64,000 nt of DNA from Raja brachyura (lineage: Eukaryota). The stretch covers positions 19,716,001 to 19,780,000 of the forward strand of contig OY740806.1 of the NCBI GenBank assembly GCA_963514005.1, read 5' to 3'. This document shows, one piece after another, positions 53,000 through 64,000 of the stretch (the first letter of the stretch is position 1; every line of letters starts with the position of its first letter). The notes under the pieces are model-generated. The model was given only the letters and a program-made list of their open reading frames with translations. It was not told the origin of the DNA and ran no database searches. The translations under genes were made by a program, and so were the position numbers.

Positions 53000-53225
53000 T
53001 AAAAAAAAAATACACTAAGTGCTGGAGCTCCCGAACAGTTCGGGCATCATCACTGGAGATCGTGGACAGGCAACATTTTGGGTGAGGACAATTCTCAGAT
53101 TGCCGAGAAGGAGTTGGGGTGCTAGAGATCAAAGACCGTTTGATGTAACCAACAAAAGGGCAGGCATTGGTGGAGCCCATGCGAGTGCCCATGGCGACAA
53201 ATTTAACTTGAAGAAAGTGCAAGGA
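53000..53225 (-). mobile_element. Penelope RT fragment plus Penelope-derived repeat in the 3'UTR region of Ig gene B
   Basis: FLQVKFVAMGTRMGSTNACPFVGY resembles the PLE RT motif QxxGxAMGTRMGPxYAxLF. Confidence 0.6.
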
Positions 53226-53475
53226 GTCAAAAAAGAAGTAATTGAGAGTGAAAAGATTCCACCAGATGGAGAGGAATGTTAGTGGAGGGAAACTGAATTG
53301 GGCTGTGTTCCGGGAAAATGTGGAGGGCCATGAGACCTGGGGATGGAAGTGTGCAGATAAATCCTCTTGTTCCTCAAGAAATACAGACTCTTTTCAGGAA
53401 TACTTCAGGAAATTCGGTTTCTACAAGAGAGCTTAGCAGAAAAGTCTAATTGCCCTCTGTAAAACTATCATGTGC

Positions 53476-53575
53476 TCAGAATTCAGAAGTAATTATGTTG
53501 TCTTTTTGGCTATTGACATTTTCTGGAGAGTCACTTTTGGCCAATCTGCTTTGGTTCCTGTGCTGCTTTGAGTTC
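53476..53575 (-). CDS. Ig gene B, terminal exon (RNSKQHRNQSRLAKSDSPENVNSQKDNIITSEF*)
   Basis: Strong acceptor ctatttttctttctcattag. Phase-2 entry is open to TGA at 53478-53476. AATAAA signals lie downstream (52932-52927 and 52822-52817). Confidence 0.7.
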
Positions 53576-54659
53576 CTAATGAGAAAGAAAAATAGCAAAG
53601 TTGTGAGGAATAAGTTTCCAAATTATTTTGTGATGCTCAATTAAGAACCACCCAGGAATAATAATCCAGAGTGATTATTCTCAGCTTCTTCCTCAAACAC
53701 ACAACCAAATCTGTCACTCCACCCAATCCATTTACTTTTTTACTAAAATGCCTTGGGTTATTTTACCAATTTGAACATCAGTACAAGCAAATTCTACTCA
53801 ATAGAGTTTAATGAATTTTCAACTATAAAGAATGGCAAAGGCATGCCCGTATTCTATGATTTATCTTCTGAAACTACTTTCAAGTAATTCCTCAGGATCA
53901 ATTTTGGACACCCTTTTTTCCACACTGTGAAGATATCCAGTTAACCTCAATTTTATCATTCTATTTACCTGTTATGCACTTCTGGCCATGTTACTCCCAG
54001 TTTACCTCCAGTTTTCTCAGCATAGCCCAGATATGTATATCAATGAAACATCGGAAGTTAAATGCAATTACAAAATGCTTTATTTGCAAGGGAATCTGAG
54101 TACAAAGATAGACACATTTGGTTCCAATTGCATACGAGTCTAGTTGGACTGCATCTGAAATATTATGTACTGGTCTGGTTTCCTAATCCAAGAAATGAAT
54201 TTACATGATGAAGAGAGAGTAGATTCCTGGAATGGTGGCATTGTCATGGGGGGACATTAGGCAGACTGGGCCTATACCAATTATATTATATGTGGTAAAT
54301 TGTGATTGCATTGAGGCATTACAAGTTATTATCATGGGAAAGTGAGGATGATGTTTCCCCAGACGAGCATGTTCGGAATCACAATAAGGAGGTCACCATT
54401 CTGGACAGGAAGGAGAACAAGGTCCTTCACCTTGAGGATAGAGGTCTTTGGAATTCTTACCTGGGTGGAGGCTTAGTCAGTTGAGAGAGAGATGGGGAGA
54501 TTTTTTGGATAATAAGGGATATGAAGGAAAGTTGTATTGAGATAAAAGATCAAGTCAATGATCTTATTGAAGTGTTGAACAGGTGCAAGGGACCAATGGC
54601 CTGCATGTGTTCTTGTGTGATGTGCAGCTTGAATGTGAATATTTGCAACTTTTGGTACA

Positions 54660-55680
54660 TTTTCTTTTTTGTAATATTTTTTTATTAAAGATAATCAATT
54701 ACGATACCTTAAACAAGTTTACAGATATCAGATAATTCATTTTATCATACATGTAAAACATTAATAATACTTATCTATTATTTTTTTAGAAATAAAGATA
54801 AAGAAAAAGTAGCTTATAAATCAATGAGGGTATAGTTAACTAATAATTTGATAATTGTAAAAAAGAAAAGAAGAGAAAAGAACTAAAATTTTTTTTAAAA
54901 AAACAACAAAAAAAAACAAAAAATTTTAACCTCTGCCTATATTATATATATAAATAAAAGATCACAATATGTATTATTAATAACTCTACTACAAATGATG
55001 GTATCAGTAAAGACATGTTACTTCCATTTTAAAAATACATTATTCTCATCAGATCCCGCGGGGGGCACGTCGAGCCATGTTGCCAAGAACAGCTACTTAT
55101 CTAGATACAATATATATGGAGACCACATCTGTTCAAAAAAATTATACCTGTCCAATAGGACAAATCTAATTCTTTCCAGATGTAGCGTCTCCATCATCTC
55201 TGCTGCCCACATTTTAGTTGTGGGGGATAGTGTTCCCTTCCAAAATTTCAATATAATTTTTTTCCCAATTATCAAACAGTAATCAAAGAAATTTCTTTAA
55301 TTTACTGTAAGTGATAACTGTAAGTCCGGAATTCCAAATATTATTGACTTTGGGTTGGGGTCCAATTTAACTTTTATAACTTCAGAAATAACTTAAAAAA
55401 TTTCTGTCCAATAATGATTCAATTTAGGACATGTGACAAAACTATGTATTAAATTTGCCTCTGTTTTCTTACATTTGTCACAGATAGCAGAAAGCTTCGG
55501 AAAGATACTATTTAATTTAACTTTTGAATAATGTAACCTATATAATACTTTAAATTGAATCAATATATGTCTGGCGTTTAATGAACATCGGTGTATACGT
55601 TGTAAACTTTCTTCCCAGTTTTCTTTTGTTATAGCTAATTCTATGTCATTTTCCCATGTCCTTTTGGTACATTTTCTGTC
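54660..55680 (-). mobile_element. L1-clade LINE 3' fragment (same family as 14113-18421)
   Basis: WEESLQRIHRCSLNARHILIQFKVLYRL..CDKC..KFWKGTLSPT matches the larger L1. Confidence 0.92.
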
Positions 55681-56079
55681 CATCATCAAGACCATAAAAT
55701 AATTACTCGCTATCTGCACCTGCCGCTGCTGAACTTAGCCCGTGATCTGACAAATCTCTCACCTGAATCTTTTTTTACTTTCAGATGGGGCTGTTGCAAA
55801 GCTCTCTGTCCAGCCCCATGGGCTTCTCTCACCTGTGGTTCAGCCACACCATGGTGTTAAGCAGTTGGTCTTACTCTAAACCTTATTCCCTGTATTGTGT
55901 ATCTATACACTGTGGATGGCGTGATAGTAATCATGTATTGTCTTTCTGCTCACTAGTTAGCTTTTCACTGTACCCTGAGTCTGAGTTTCAAAATTCCTCA
56001 AATCCTTGCTCCTTGCTGTTGCAAACTTGCTTACTACTTAATGCATATTATTGGAGAAAAAATGTTCATCATTTATATA

Positions 56080-56368
56080 TCTTAAGGATAAGGGGGAAAT
56101 CCTTTAGGACCGAGATGAGAAGGACTTTTTTCACACAGAGAGTGGTGGGTCTCTGGAACTCGCTGCCACAGAGGGTAGTTGAGGCCAGTTCATTGGCTAT
56201 ATTTAAGAGGGAGTTAGATGTGGTCCTTGTGGCTAAAGGGATCAGAGGGTATGGAGAGAAAGCAGGTACAGGATACCGAGTTGGATGATCAGCCATGATC
56301 ATATTGAATGGCGGTGCAGGCTCGAAAGGCCGATTGGCCTACTCCTGCACCTAATTTCTATGTTTCTA
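56080..56368 (+). mobile_element. CR1 LINE 3' end
   Basis: RTEMRRTFFTQRVVGLWNSLP plus tail. Confidence 0.9.
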
Positions 56369-56402
56369 TATAAAAAGGATAAAAGGCTATTTTAAGGCTT
56401 AC

Positions 56403-56427
56403 CTCCATTTGCACAAGCAGTCCCGAT
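56403..56427 (-). CDS. Ig gene B, small cytoplasmic exon (DRDCLCKW)
   Basis: ccttttt attgtatag acceptor and GAG|GTAAGC donor. 25 nt, phase 1 to 2, matching both neighbours. Confidence 0.7.
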
Positions 56428-56548
56428 CTATACAATAAAAAGGACACATTATTAGGGAAATTCTCCCATACGTATCATTTTTTTCATCTGCAATCTGATT
56501 GTCATAATATAGAAAATTTGTTTTTATTTAATTGCTTTGACACATTTG

Positions 56549-58443
56549 ACACAGGCAAACGGCCTGGTGGGGAGGTTCCACCGGCAACTCAAGGCAGCGC
56601 TGAAGGCAAGACTCTCAGCCCGGACTGGATGGAAGCACTGCCGTGGGTCTTGCTGGGCATCCGAACTGCGCCGAAGGAGGTCATGGGCTCAAGTTCAGCG
56701 GAGCTCGTTTATGGGTCGCCGCTCACGGTGTCCAGGGAGTTTGTGTCGTCGGCGTCGGGGCAGCAGGGACTGCTCATTCATCCTACAGTGCCTTCGCGAG
56801 CAAGTCGGCAGGCACCCGCTAGCGCCGACAACCCGCCATGGGACATTCCGCCCGCACGTGCCAACCACCTTCCGGAACTGCCCCGGTTTTCCTGCGCCGT
56901 GTCGCCAACCGGACGCTGCTCCAGAGGCCGTATGTAGGTATGTTACAAATCTTACGTTGACCCGCGCTGCAGTTCTGCCGCTCCCCGTGTGCGCGACATT
57001 AGCAGCTTTCAGAGGGGGGCGGGCTTAAAGTGCCGTTTTTCCACAGGCAGGGAAAATCGATCATGTCGGGCGTTTTTGTTGCGGAAGAAAAATCGTTCCG
57101 ACATTTCACGAATGAAGGTATTTTTAAATTACGCTAAATTATTTATTAACTAGAGTAATTTAAAAATCACCTTCAAAAGCCGTGAGCACCGACAACCGGA
57201 AAGATTTTGCGTAGGGGAGAAAAACAGGTAAATTGTTTATTTTTATATTAAAAGTTGGTTTTTTTGGGAGGCTTTAATAATATTTTCATGTTGCGAAATG
57301 TGGTCCAAAAAAATGTATGAACAAACAGTATTTTTCCTCCCGACTTCACAGCAAACCGCAACGTTCTAATCCACCGCATTCCGCTAAAACCCACTCGCGT
57401 TGATTTAAATGGCCATTAATTTACAGGCATAAAACACTAAATTCCTTCCATTTGGCCCAGAAATTCATGAAAATTAGATTTTAAAATTATGTTATATTGT
57501 GGATTATTGTGTGAATGTTATTTGGACACTTAGGCAATTTAAAAAAAGTTTATATTTTCTTAAGAAATGGATAGATGTTTAGATCTACTCATTGAATTTT
57601 GTAATTAGCTACAATTAGATAACTAACTAATTATATGTTTTAATTTCAGGTCATCCAAGTAAGATTTTTTCATATTTGTTTCAGAATGCTTCAATCTATA
57701 ATAACTGAAAATTCCATTGAGTTCTCTTAATTTTTAAGAAAGTTATGAGCTTTTAACTGTTCCAGATCACAGCTTTTGAGTTAAGTCAATTGAAAGGCAA
57801 TGGGGAACAAGATGCTAATTTCCGAGTATGAAAATGGCCATAACTTTCTTAATACTGAAGATATGAAAGTGAATTAGGTGTCAAATTAAACTTCTTTTTA
57901 TGCTTTATCTGATGGGATAAATTGCAGACTTGATTTTTTAAATCTCAAAATTTTGTAATATTGCTACAGTAAGAGGGCCCGTTCCGATTGCTGGAGCACA
58001 GACAGACGACCTTTGTGTTGGACATGGGGGGGACGGCTGGAGGCCGTGTCGATTGACCGGTTAAAGCCGGCACACTTGGACATTGACCAGCCGGTGCTGG
58101 TTGCCCAGCTCATCTGTGAGGTCGCCCCTCTTCGCAGCTCCCTCCTCCTGTCCCTCCATCTGTGCCTCCACCGGCCCCTCTGTCGGCCGATTTCCGTACG
58201 CGGTCCGGTCGTGTTGTACGCCCACCGGTACATTTCGTGCCTCCTGTTCTGGGGGGGGGGGGAGCTGTGACGGGTCTCAAGGGTCGGGCTATTCCTCTAT
58301 CGAACCCCTCGGCATGAGAATGAACTAGTCCGGGGGCGGCCCTTAGCTACAGGGATAAAGGGCAGGGGTTTATGCGCGATTGTTCTCTTGCAGACCCGAC
58401 TCTCTGATTATTGCATGTTGCCACACTCTATTCAACTGTAACA
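56549..58443 (+). mobile_element. Gypsy integrase C-terminus, polypurine tract and 3' LTR (58266-58443), split by a DNA transposon
   Basis: QANGLVGRFHRQLKAAL, LPWVLLGIRTAPKE, SSAELVYG, QRPY/EGPF and VSIDRLKPAHLD. G-run PPT, then TGTGAC...GTAACA. Confidence 0.85.
56933..57968. mobile_element. Non-autonomous DNA transposon with imperfect TIRs of about 18 bp
   Basis: TGTAGGTATGTTACAAA ... TTTGTAATATTGCTACA. It interrupts the Gypsy PY|EGP codons. Confidence 0.7.
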
Positions 58444-58550
58444 ATGGAGCTGACCATCGTAGGAATACTTTATTCCATAGGTATCGTAGCTTGAATTATT
58501 CTGTCATTCCAAATTCTTTCACTTAAATAAATAAATAAATACGTGGGGAA

Positions 58551-58741
58551 TGCAGTTGCTGATTTAAATCGAAGGTAGACACAAAATGCTGGAGCAACTC
58601 AGCGGGACAGGCAGCATCTCTGGAGACATAAAATGCTGATGAACAGTCTGAAGAAGGGTCTCGACCCCAAATGTCACCCATTCGTTCCCTCCAGAGATGC
58701 TGCCTGTACCGCCGAGTTACTCCAGCATTTTGTGTCTACCT
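58551..58741. repeat. Penelope-derived inverted-repeat element (arms of about 50 bp, 58576-58626 and 58690-58738)
   Basis: tagacacaaaatgctggag..cagcatctctggag is inverted as ctccagagatgctgcc..ctccagcattttgtgtcta, with a degenerate hammerhead-like core between the arms. Confidence 0.75.
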
Positions 58742-58807
58742 AAGTGGTGAATGTTAATAGCTATTAAAACTTCTGCTTCACATTTGTTTGTTTACCAGTT
58801 AATTTAC

Positions 58808-58885
58808 CTTTCCTGCAGCAGAGCAGTAACAAAATCAGAGTCGTCATGAAGATTGGCACCGTTACAAATCGGACAGGGAAATGAC
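58808..58885 (-). CDS. Ig gene B, transmembrane exon (SHFPVRFVTVPIFMTTLILLLLCCRK)
   Basis: tttgttgtcttacag acceptor and AAG|GTAAAT donor. 78 nt, phase 1-1. Hydrophobic helix followed by CC and a basic stop-transfer. Confidence 0.85.
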
Positions 58886-59289
58886 CTGTAAGACAACAAA
58901 AATATGGGTTTCTTATGGTTTGGATCAGTATAAAAATACGCTGGCAAATATCATTTAAATTGCCTTCCTTGTGTATCGATTCAGGGCAGTATTAATATCA
59001 TGAATTGCAAATTCATTTCTCATGCCATTATTTGTGAGATAGGATTGTACCAGGCCATCTAGGTTTAGATTTCTTATTGCCATGTTCACCGAGGTCCAGT
59101 GAAGAGCGTTGTTTTGGATGACATCGAAACAGATCACATTAATACAATCACATCAAACTCAAGCACAATAAATAAAGCAAGGGAGAAGATGCACAGTGCA
59201 GAATATAGTTCTCAGCATTCAGTTTCATAGACAAAGCCCATGATAGTAAGTTTGCAGATGATATCAAGATTGCTGGGGTCACGGACTGT

Positions 59290-59940
59290 GAAGAAGGATG
59301 CCAAAGTTTACATTATTTTGGCTGCTTTTCTGAGGCAGAGTGGAGTGTAGATGGAATCAATAGTGGGAAGTCTGGTCTGTATGATGGTCTGGGCTACATC
59401 TACTATTCTCTGCCATTTCTTGCGGTCTTGGGCAGAACTGCTCCCAAACCAAGCTGTGTTGCAACCCAACAGTGGGCATTCTATGGTGCTTTTGTGGAAG
59501 TTTGTAAGAGTCATTGAATAATATTATATTATAAGAGTCATTGAACTAATAATATTAAAGGCAAGAAAATTGAAGATTTCAACCATTTTCCGCTTCATTG
59601 TTGGTGATTTGGGCATGTTTTGCACCACACTTTCAGACATTGATAACTAGCTCAATTATCTTGTAAATATTGAGGGAGAGGTTATTGTCAATATGTATAG
59701 ACTTCTGTCCATATTTTCCTAACCTCATTTTACTAAGTGCTCTATCTCCTTCCTGTCTTGTCATTGTTCATGATCCAGCCCACCACATTGGAGCATCTGC
59801 AAATTGGTGGATGGACTTTTAACCAACTTTGGCCATACAGTCGTTAGTGCATCGGGAGTACAGTAAGGGACTGAGAAAGCATCCTTGCAGGACACTGATA
59901 TTGACAATTATTGTGGAGGAGGTGTTGTTAGATTGTAGTC
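59290..59940 (-). mobile_element. Rex1/Babar-like LINE fragments
   Basis: LTNFHKSTIECPLLGCNTAWFGSSSAQDRKKWQRIV resembles the Rex1 ORF C-terminus. Confidence 0.65.
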
Positions 59941-60863
59941 TAGGCATCAGAAAATCAAGACTCATTGATAGAATCCAAATGTTATTGATTTACTGCAATC
60001 CATTCAAATTGCAGTTAAGACTCGTATACTTGTTGTATAATGTTGGCATAATGTGAGAGGGGGAAAGTTTATTGGATAAGTGAGGGGTAAGTTTTTTTTG
60101 CACAATCTGGTGGTGGTGGGGGACTGGAACACACTGCCAGGGCTTGTGGTGGAGGCAGCTACGATAGTGGTGTTTAAGAGGCTTTTGGATAGGCACATGG
60201 ATATGCAGGGGATGGAGGGATATGGATCTTGTACAGGCAGATGAGATCAGTTTAACTTGGCATCGTGTTTGGCACAGACATTGTGATATACTCTTCTATT
60301 TTAATAGCTGACATATCTGACCACCTTAGAATATTAATATAAAAATACCATTAATTGTGTTCTCACTAACACGTTAGGCAAGAAATGTTAATTTGTGATT
60401 CCAATGTTCGATTGTTCTCATTGACGGTAATTCATTCCTTCCACAATGTACTTGCCCTCTGAAATGCGGATGGTTATATAGATGAATGCAATTCAGGCTG
60501 CTTCATGTATGATTCACATAGGCAAAATCTGGCAACTGAGCCTTCCTATCAACAACTAGAGAGCCGTCCTAAGCTATTATCTACCTCATTGGAGACCCTT
60601 GGACTATTTTTCATTGGACTTTACTGAACTTTATCTTGCACAAAACGTATTCACACTATTCCCTTTATCATGCATCTATCTGTACAGTGTGGATGGCTCG
60701 ATTGTAAACATGTATTGTCGTTCTGCTGACTGGAATATAGTGTAGAATATCATTGATTGGCAGGAGCCACAGTTGTTACAGGAGCCTGTTTTTGCACATC
60801 ACCCCTCTATAAATTAACAAATTAGAAAAATATTGTTTCTTTGGCCGATATAACAGTACTTAC

Positions 60864-61184
60864 TTTTCCAATCTGATGTCACGTATACTCTCACAGAAGA
60901 TTCTTTGGTGCCATATGAATTGTAAGCTCTGCAGATATACTTTCCATTGAAGGAATCATCGATCTTCTCTTTCTGCAGAATTGAATGACTTAATCCAATA
61001 GACAATTGTATCCTTTCAGTTTGGTCTCCTGATTTCATCCAGATGACCGTGGATATTGGATTACTGTCCGTGGTACAATTTAGTTGAAGATATGACTGAG
61101 GTTCAACATAGATGAATTCTTGGAGCAGAGGCTGCAATTGATGCGCAATAGAATTCCTGTAATGTATTGCTGGCTGTGGACCAT
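60864..61184 (-). CDS. Ig gene B, I/C2-set Ig domain exon (YGPQPAI..LQLNCTTDSNPISTVIWMK..DSFNGKYICRAYNSYGTKESSVRVYVTSDWK)
   Basis: 321 nt, phase 1-1, A|GTAAGT donor. Pyrimidine tract with a GAG acceptor gives a YGP junction. Contains C..SNP....W and GxYxCxAxNxxG motifs. Confidence 0.88.
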
Positions 61185-62319
61185 CTCAATCAGAACAGTG
61201 GAAAAAAAAGGCATAAGTCACAAGGGCAGCTTCAACAAAGCTTTGAAAGTACCACCTGTCACCCCTTTGTATTTGCGCCTCATTTTTAACCTGTTATTTA
61301 AAATAGATTTTGTATATTTGAAATAACATTTCGCTTAACAATGCTGAATGTTTTATAAAATTGTGGAGGTTATTTGTCCAATTACTCCAGTGTTGACATA
61401 AAGGAGGAGTCCAGATTTTGCCCATACATTCCTCCATCACAAGAGTGAGGCCACGTACTAAGTGAAAGAATCTAATGTTCTGCTTGGGTAGTTTACACCC
61501 CAATGGCATGACATTGAATTCTTCAATTCACAGTTATACTTTTCCTACATTCCTTTGGCCTAATGGGTGGCTTCAGAACCAACAAGGGCCATGAGAAGTG
61601 AATGCAAATCAGACTGGCCATTAATCCAAGAGTTGCCATGACAGTTCAAGATTTGATGGTTTGTTTGGATCAGTGGTGGTGAGGAAGGCTGCAAGCTTAA
61701 TAGTTGACTGATAAGAAGTGCAATTATATACAGTACTGTGCGCATTTGTGACATTTGAACATCCCTGTTAGATTTTAGCAATGTGCAGGTTAATTTTTGG
61801 CCAATAATGTTTCTCAATTTTCCTTCTCAAAACCCTTCATCAATCATGAGAAGTACTCATTAAGAGGCAGATTAGGCTTTGTCCAATGGAGTGTACTGGA
61901 CATGATTATCTCAATTTGGTCTCCACTACATGCTGTGGTCGTTTTGATGAGCACCTGCACTCAGTGGTCTAGTAGTGATCCCCAGCTTCCTAGTATTTCC
62001 CACTTTAATTCCCAATTCTACGTCTATTCTGACCTGTGCATCAGTGGCCTGCTCCACTCCCAGTAGTGACGCCTGACATAAACTAGAACAACATCTTATC
62101 ATCTGTTGAGGTACTTTTGCAATTTTCTGGAATGAATATTACGTTTTCCAACTTCACATACTGCTCTCCTATTGTGTTCTTATGTTCCTTTCTCAAACAG
62201 CTTATTTGAACAGTCATGCTCCTTAATATCTGATCTTTCTTAAATTATCTCCATTGTCTTGCCCCTCATTCCTCCCTCCAGCTCTGCTTTGAAAACTGCC
62301 AACCCTGCACTCCAGTAGA

Positions 62320-62630
62320 GTTACTGCAGCAGTAGAGTTGCTGCCTTACAATGGCAAAGATCCAGGTTCGATCCTGACGTAGGGTGCTCTACACTGAATT
62401 TGTACGTCCTGCCCATGACCTGCGTGGGTTTTCTCCGAGATCTTCAGTTTCCTCCCACACTCCAAAGATGTACAGATTTGTGGGTAGGCTTGGTATAAAT
62501 GTAAATTGTATAAATGTAAACTGTCCCTAATGTGTGTAGAATAGCGTTAATGTGTGGGGATAGTTGGTAGGCACAGACTCGGTGGGTCGAAGGGCCTGTT
62601 TCCATGCTGTATTTCTAAACAAAACTAAAC
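62320..62630 (+). mobile_element. V-SINE (HE1-like)
   Basis: B-box GGTTCGATCC, V-core and aaactaaac tail. Confidence 0.8.
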
Positions 62631-63498
62631 TCTCTCCAGCCTCTCCATTTCTAAGAAAGGGTCAATGAATCAAATTATTGTTTCTCTTTCATCTGGACTG
62701 GGTGAGTTCTTCCAACATTTTGGTTCATGTTTCAACATCTGTAGATTTATGTATTAACTTCCTTAACTTTCTTCATTCAACTTAGTAAAATTCCATCTTC
62801 TTCAATCTTTCTGCAAGAACTGCTTTCCTAAATCACTCTAATTATTCAAACAAATGTTTTTTCTCTCCTCTAGACTTGCTAAAATGGATAGCTAGAAATG
62901 TCTACCATGTTCCAGCTAACTCAACAATTGAGATTGAGAAAAGCATTGTTGAAATTTGTTACCAGTTAGAAGTATTTTCTATGTGGTCCGTGGACTATAA
63001 ATCTTCACAGGAATCAATAGGAGAGACAACATGCCTCATTGGGTGATGTTCTATCCCATTGTCACCAGCCATGCTGGTTCGGTACATTTACAACATTGCG
63101 TAGCTATCAGCATGGATTACTCACCAGGCAGGTCAAAAAGTCAATTAATTACAAACTGTTAACTCTCAATCCTCAGCAATGTCCATGAATAGCAATGTTG
63201 GCATTGTTATCCTGTGGAACTTGCTCACTTGTAGCCTACACCCTAGTGCTTAGTTTGGATTTTGAGAGAACCACTTCACTTCACACCACATCCTGGCCAA
63301 ATTGTCTAAGACTACGAGATCCAGAAGACCTTCACCACAGTCAATTAAGCTGCATTTCAGACTGAAAAATCAAGGTGAGAAGCATTTCTGACATTACCTG
63401 GTTATTTAAAAGGCTAGGTGAAATACTTAGAACTTAGCCCATGTCCATGGTACGTAATTGGAAATTGTAATGAAAGAGCACAAAATGAACATACTTAC

Positions 63499-63825
63499 AA
63501 TTAACGTTGAGTGTTATGTGTTGCATTATCCACTCTTTGCTTGTTGCATGAAGGACCTGACAAGTAAAAACTGTCCTGTGGTCTTGCAAAGTGGGAGTAA
63601 AACTAATTTGACTTGTTGCGTCAAATGTGCCATCAGAGTTCCTGGTTGGGGAGAGTTTTGTGGTAATATTAACATCTGATTTTGTAGCTTGAGTGTCGTG
63701 AGGATGTTGCCATTGCATTGTGATGTTCTCAGGATAAAATCCCCATGCATGGCAGTCCAAAACAGATGCTTTCTCTGCTATTAAATCTCCCTGAGTCATT
63801 AGAATTTTTGGTGTAGATTCTGGGA
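63499..63825 (-). CDS. Ig gene B, C1-set Ig domain exon (PESTPKI..LDCHAWGFYPENITMQW..RNSDGTFDATSQISFTPTLQDHRTVFTCQVLH..ITLNVN)
   Basis: tgttatttgttacag acceptor and T|GTAAGT donor. 327 nt, phase 1-1. Carries the C1 signatures CxAxGFYP..W, NxDGTF and FxCxVxH. Upstream exons lie beyond the window. Confidence 0.92.
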
Positions 63826-64000
63826 CTGTAACAAATAACATGAAACAAAGTTATATGTTGCGCTACATACTTACATACTTATCCTTTCGTGCTAAATTAA
63901 AAACAAAAACAAAGCATGTTAATTAGCATTTATCCACTTAATGTATATAGGTCTGAAGAATGGTCTTGACCTGAAACATCACCCATTCCTTCTCTCCAGA

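Noticed and set aside
61560-63400. Coding-like minus-strand stretches in the intron between the C1 and I-set exons
   Set aside because: Stop density is near random in 62750-63100, there are no Ig motifs, and no convincing phase-1 splice pair was found.
63499-63825. Identification as an MHC class I/II, Ig or TCR constant exon
   Set aside because: It is followed by an I/C2-set exon and by a TM lacking the MHC II glycine pattern and the antigen-receptor CART motif.
1-64000. CRISPR array, operons or prokaryotic defence systems
   Set aside because: The sequence is eukaryotic, with spliceosomal introns and vertebrate TEs. No repeat-spacer array is present.

Overview
This is vertebrate genomic DNA, not prokaryotic. 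The repeat content (CR1 LINEs with (CTATGTTT)-type tails, HE1/V-SINEs, Penelope-derived inverted repeats) suggests a cartilaginous fish, probably a skate or ray; that assignment is inference. Repeats make up a large share of the window: CR1, L1, Rex1/Babar-like, Penelope, Gypsy remnants, a full-length Tc1, a composite Helitron, a nested hAT-like element, a Harbinger-like MITE and P-element-like excision footprints. Most ORFs in the six-frame track are spurious or transposon-derived. Two convergent spliced immunoglobulin-superfamily genes can be assembled by hand from GT-AG exons with consistent phase. Gene A (+ strand, CDS 26504-41559, 160 aa, or 165 aa with a 15-nt micro-exon) encodes a signal peptide, one V-type domain lacking the canonical F-strand Cys, and a GPI-anchor-type C-terminus, a Thy-1-like architecture. 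Gene B (- strand, 63825 to 53476, 5' end outside the window) encodes a true C1-set domain, an I/C2-set domain, a TM with an N-terminal Arg, a CC..CxC juxtamembrane region and a C-terminal S-E-F PDZ-type motif. Scattered minus-strand stretches also look like decayed large exons of a dead gene.
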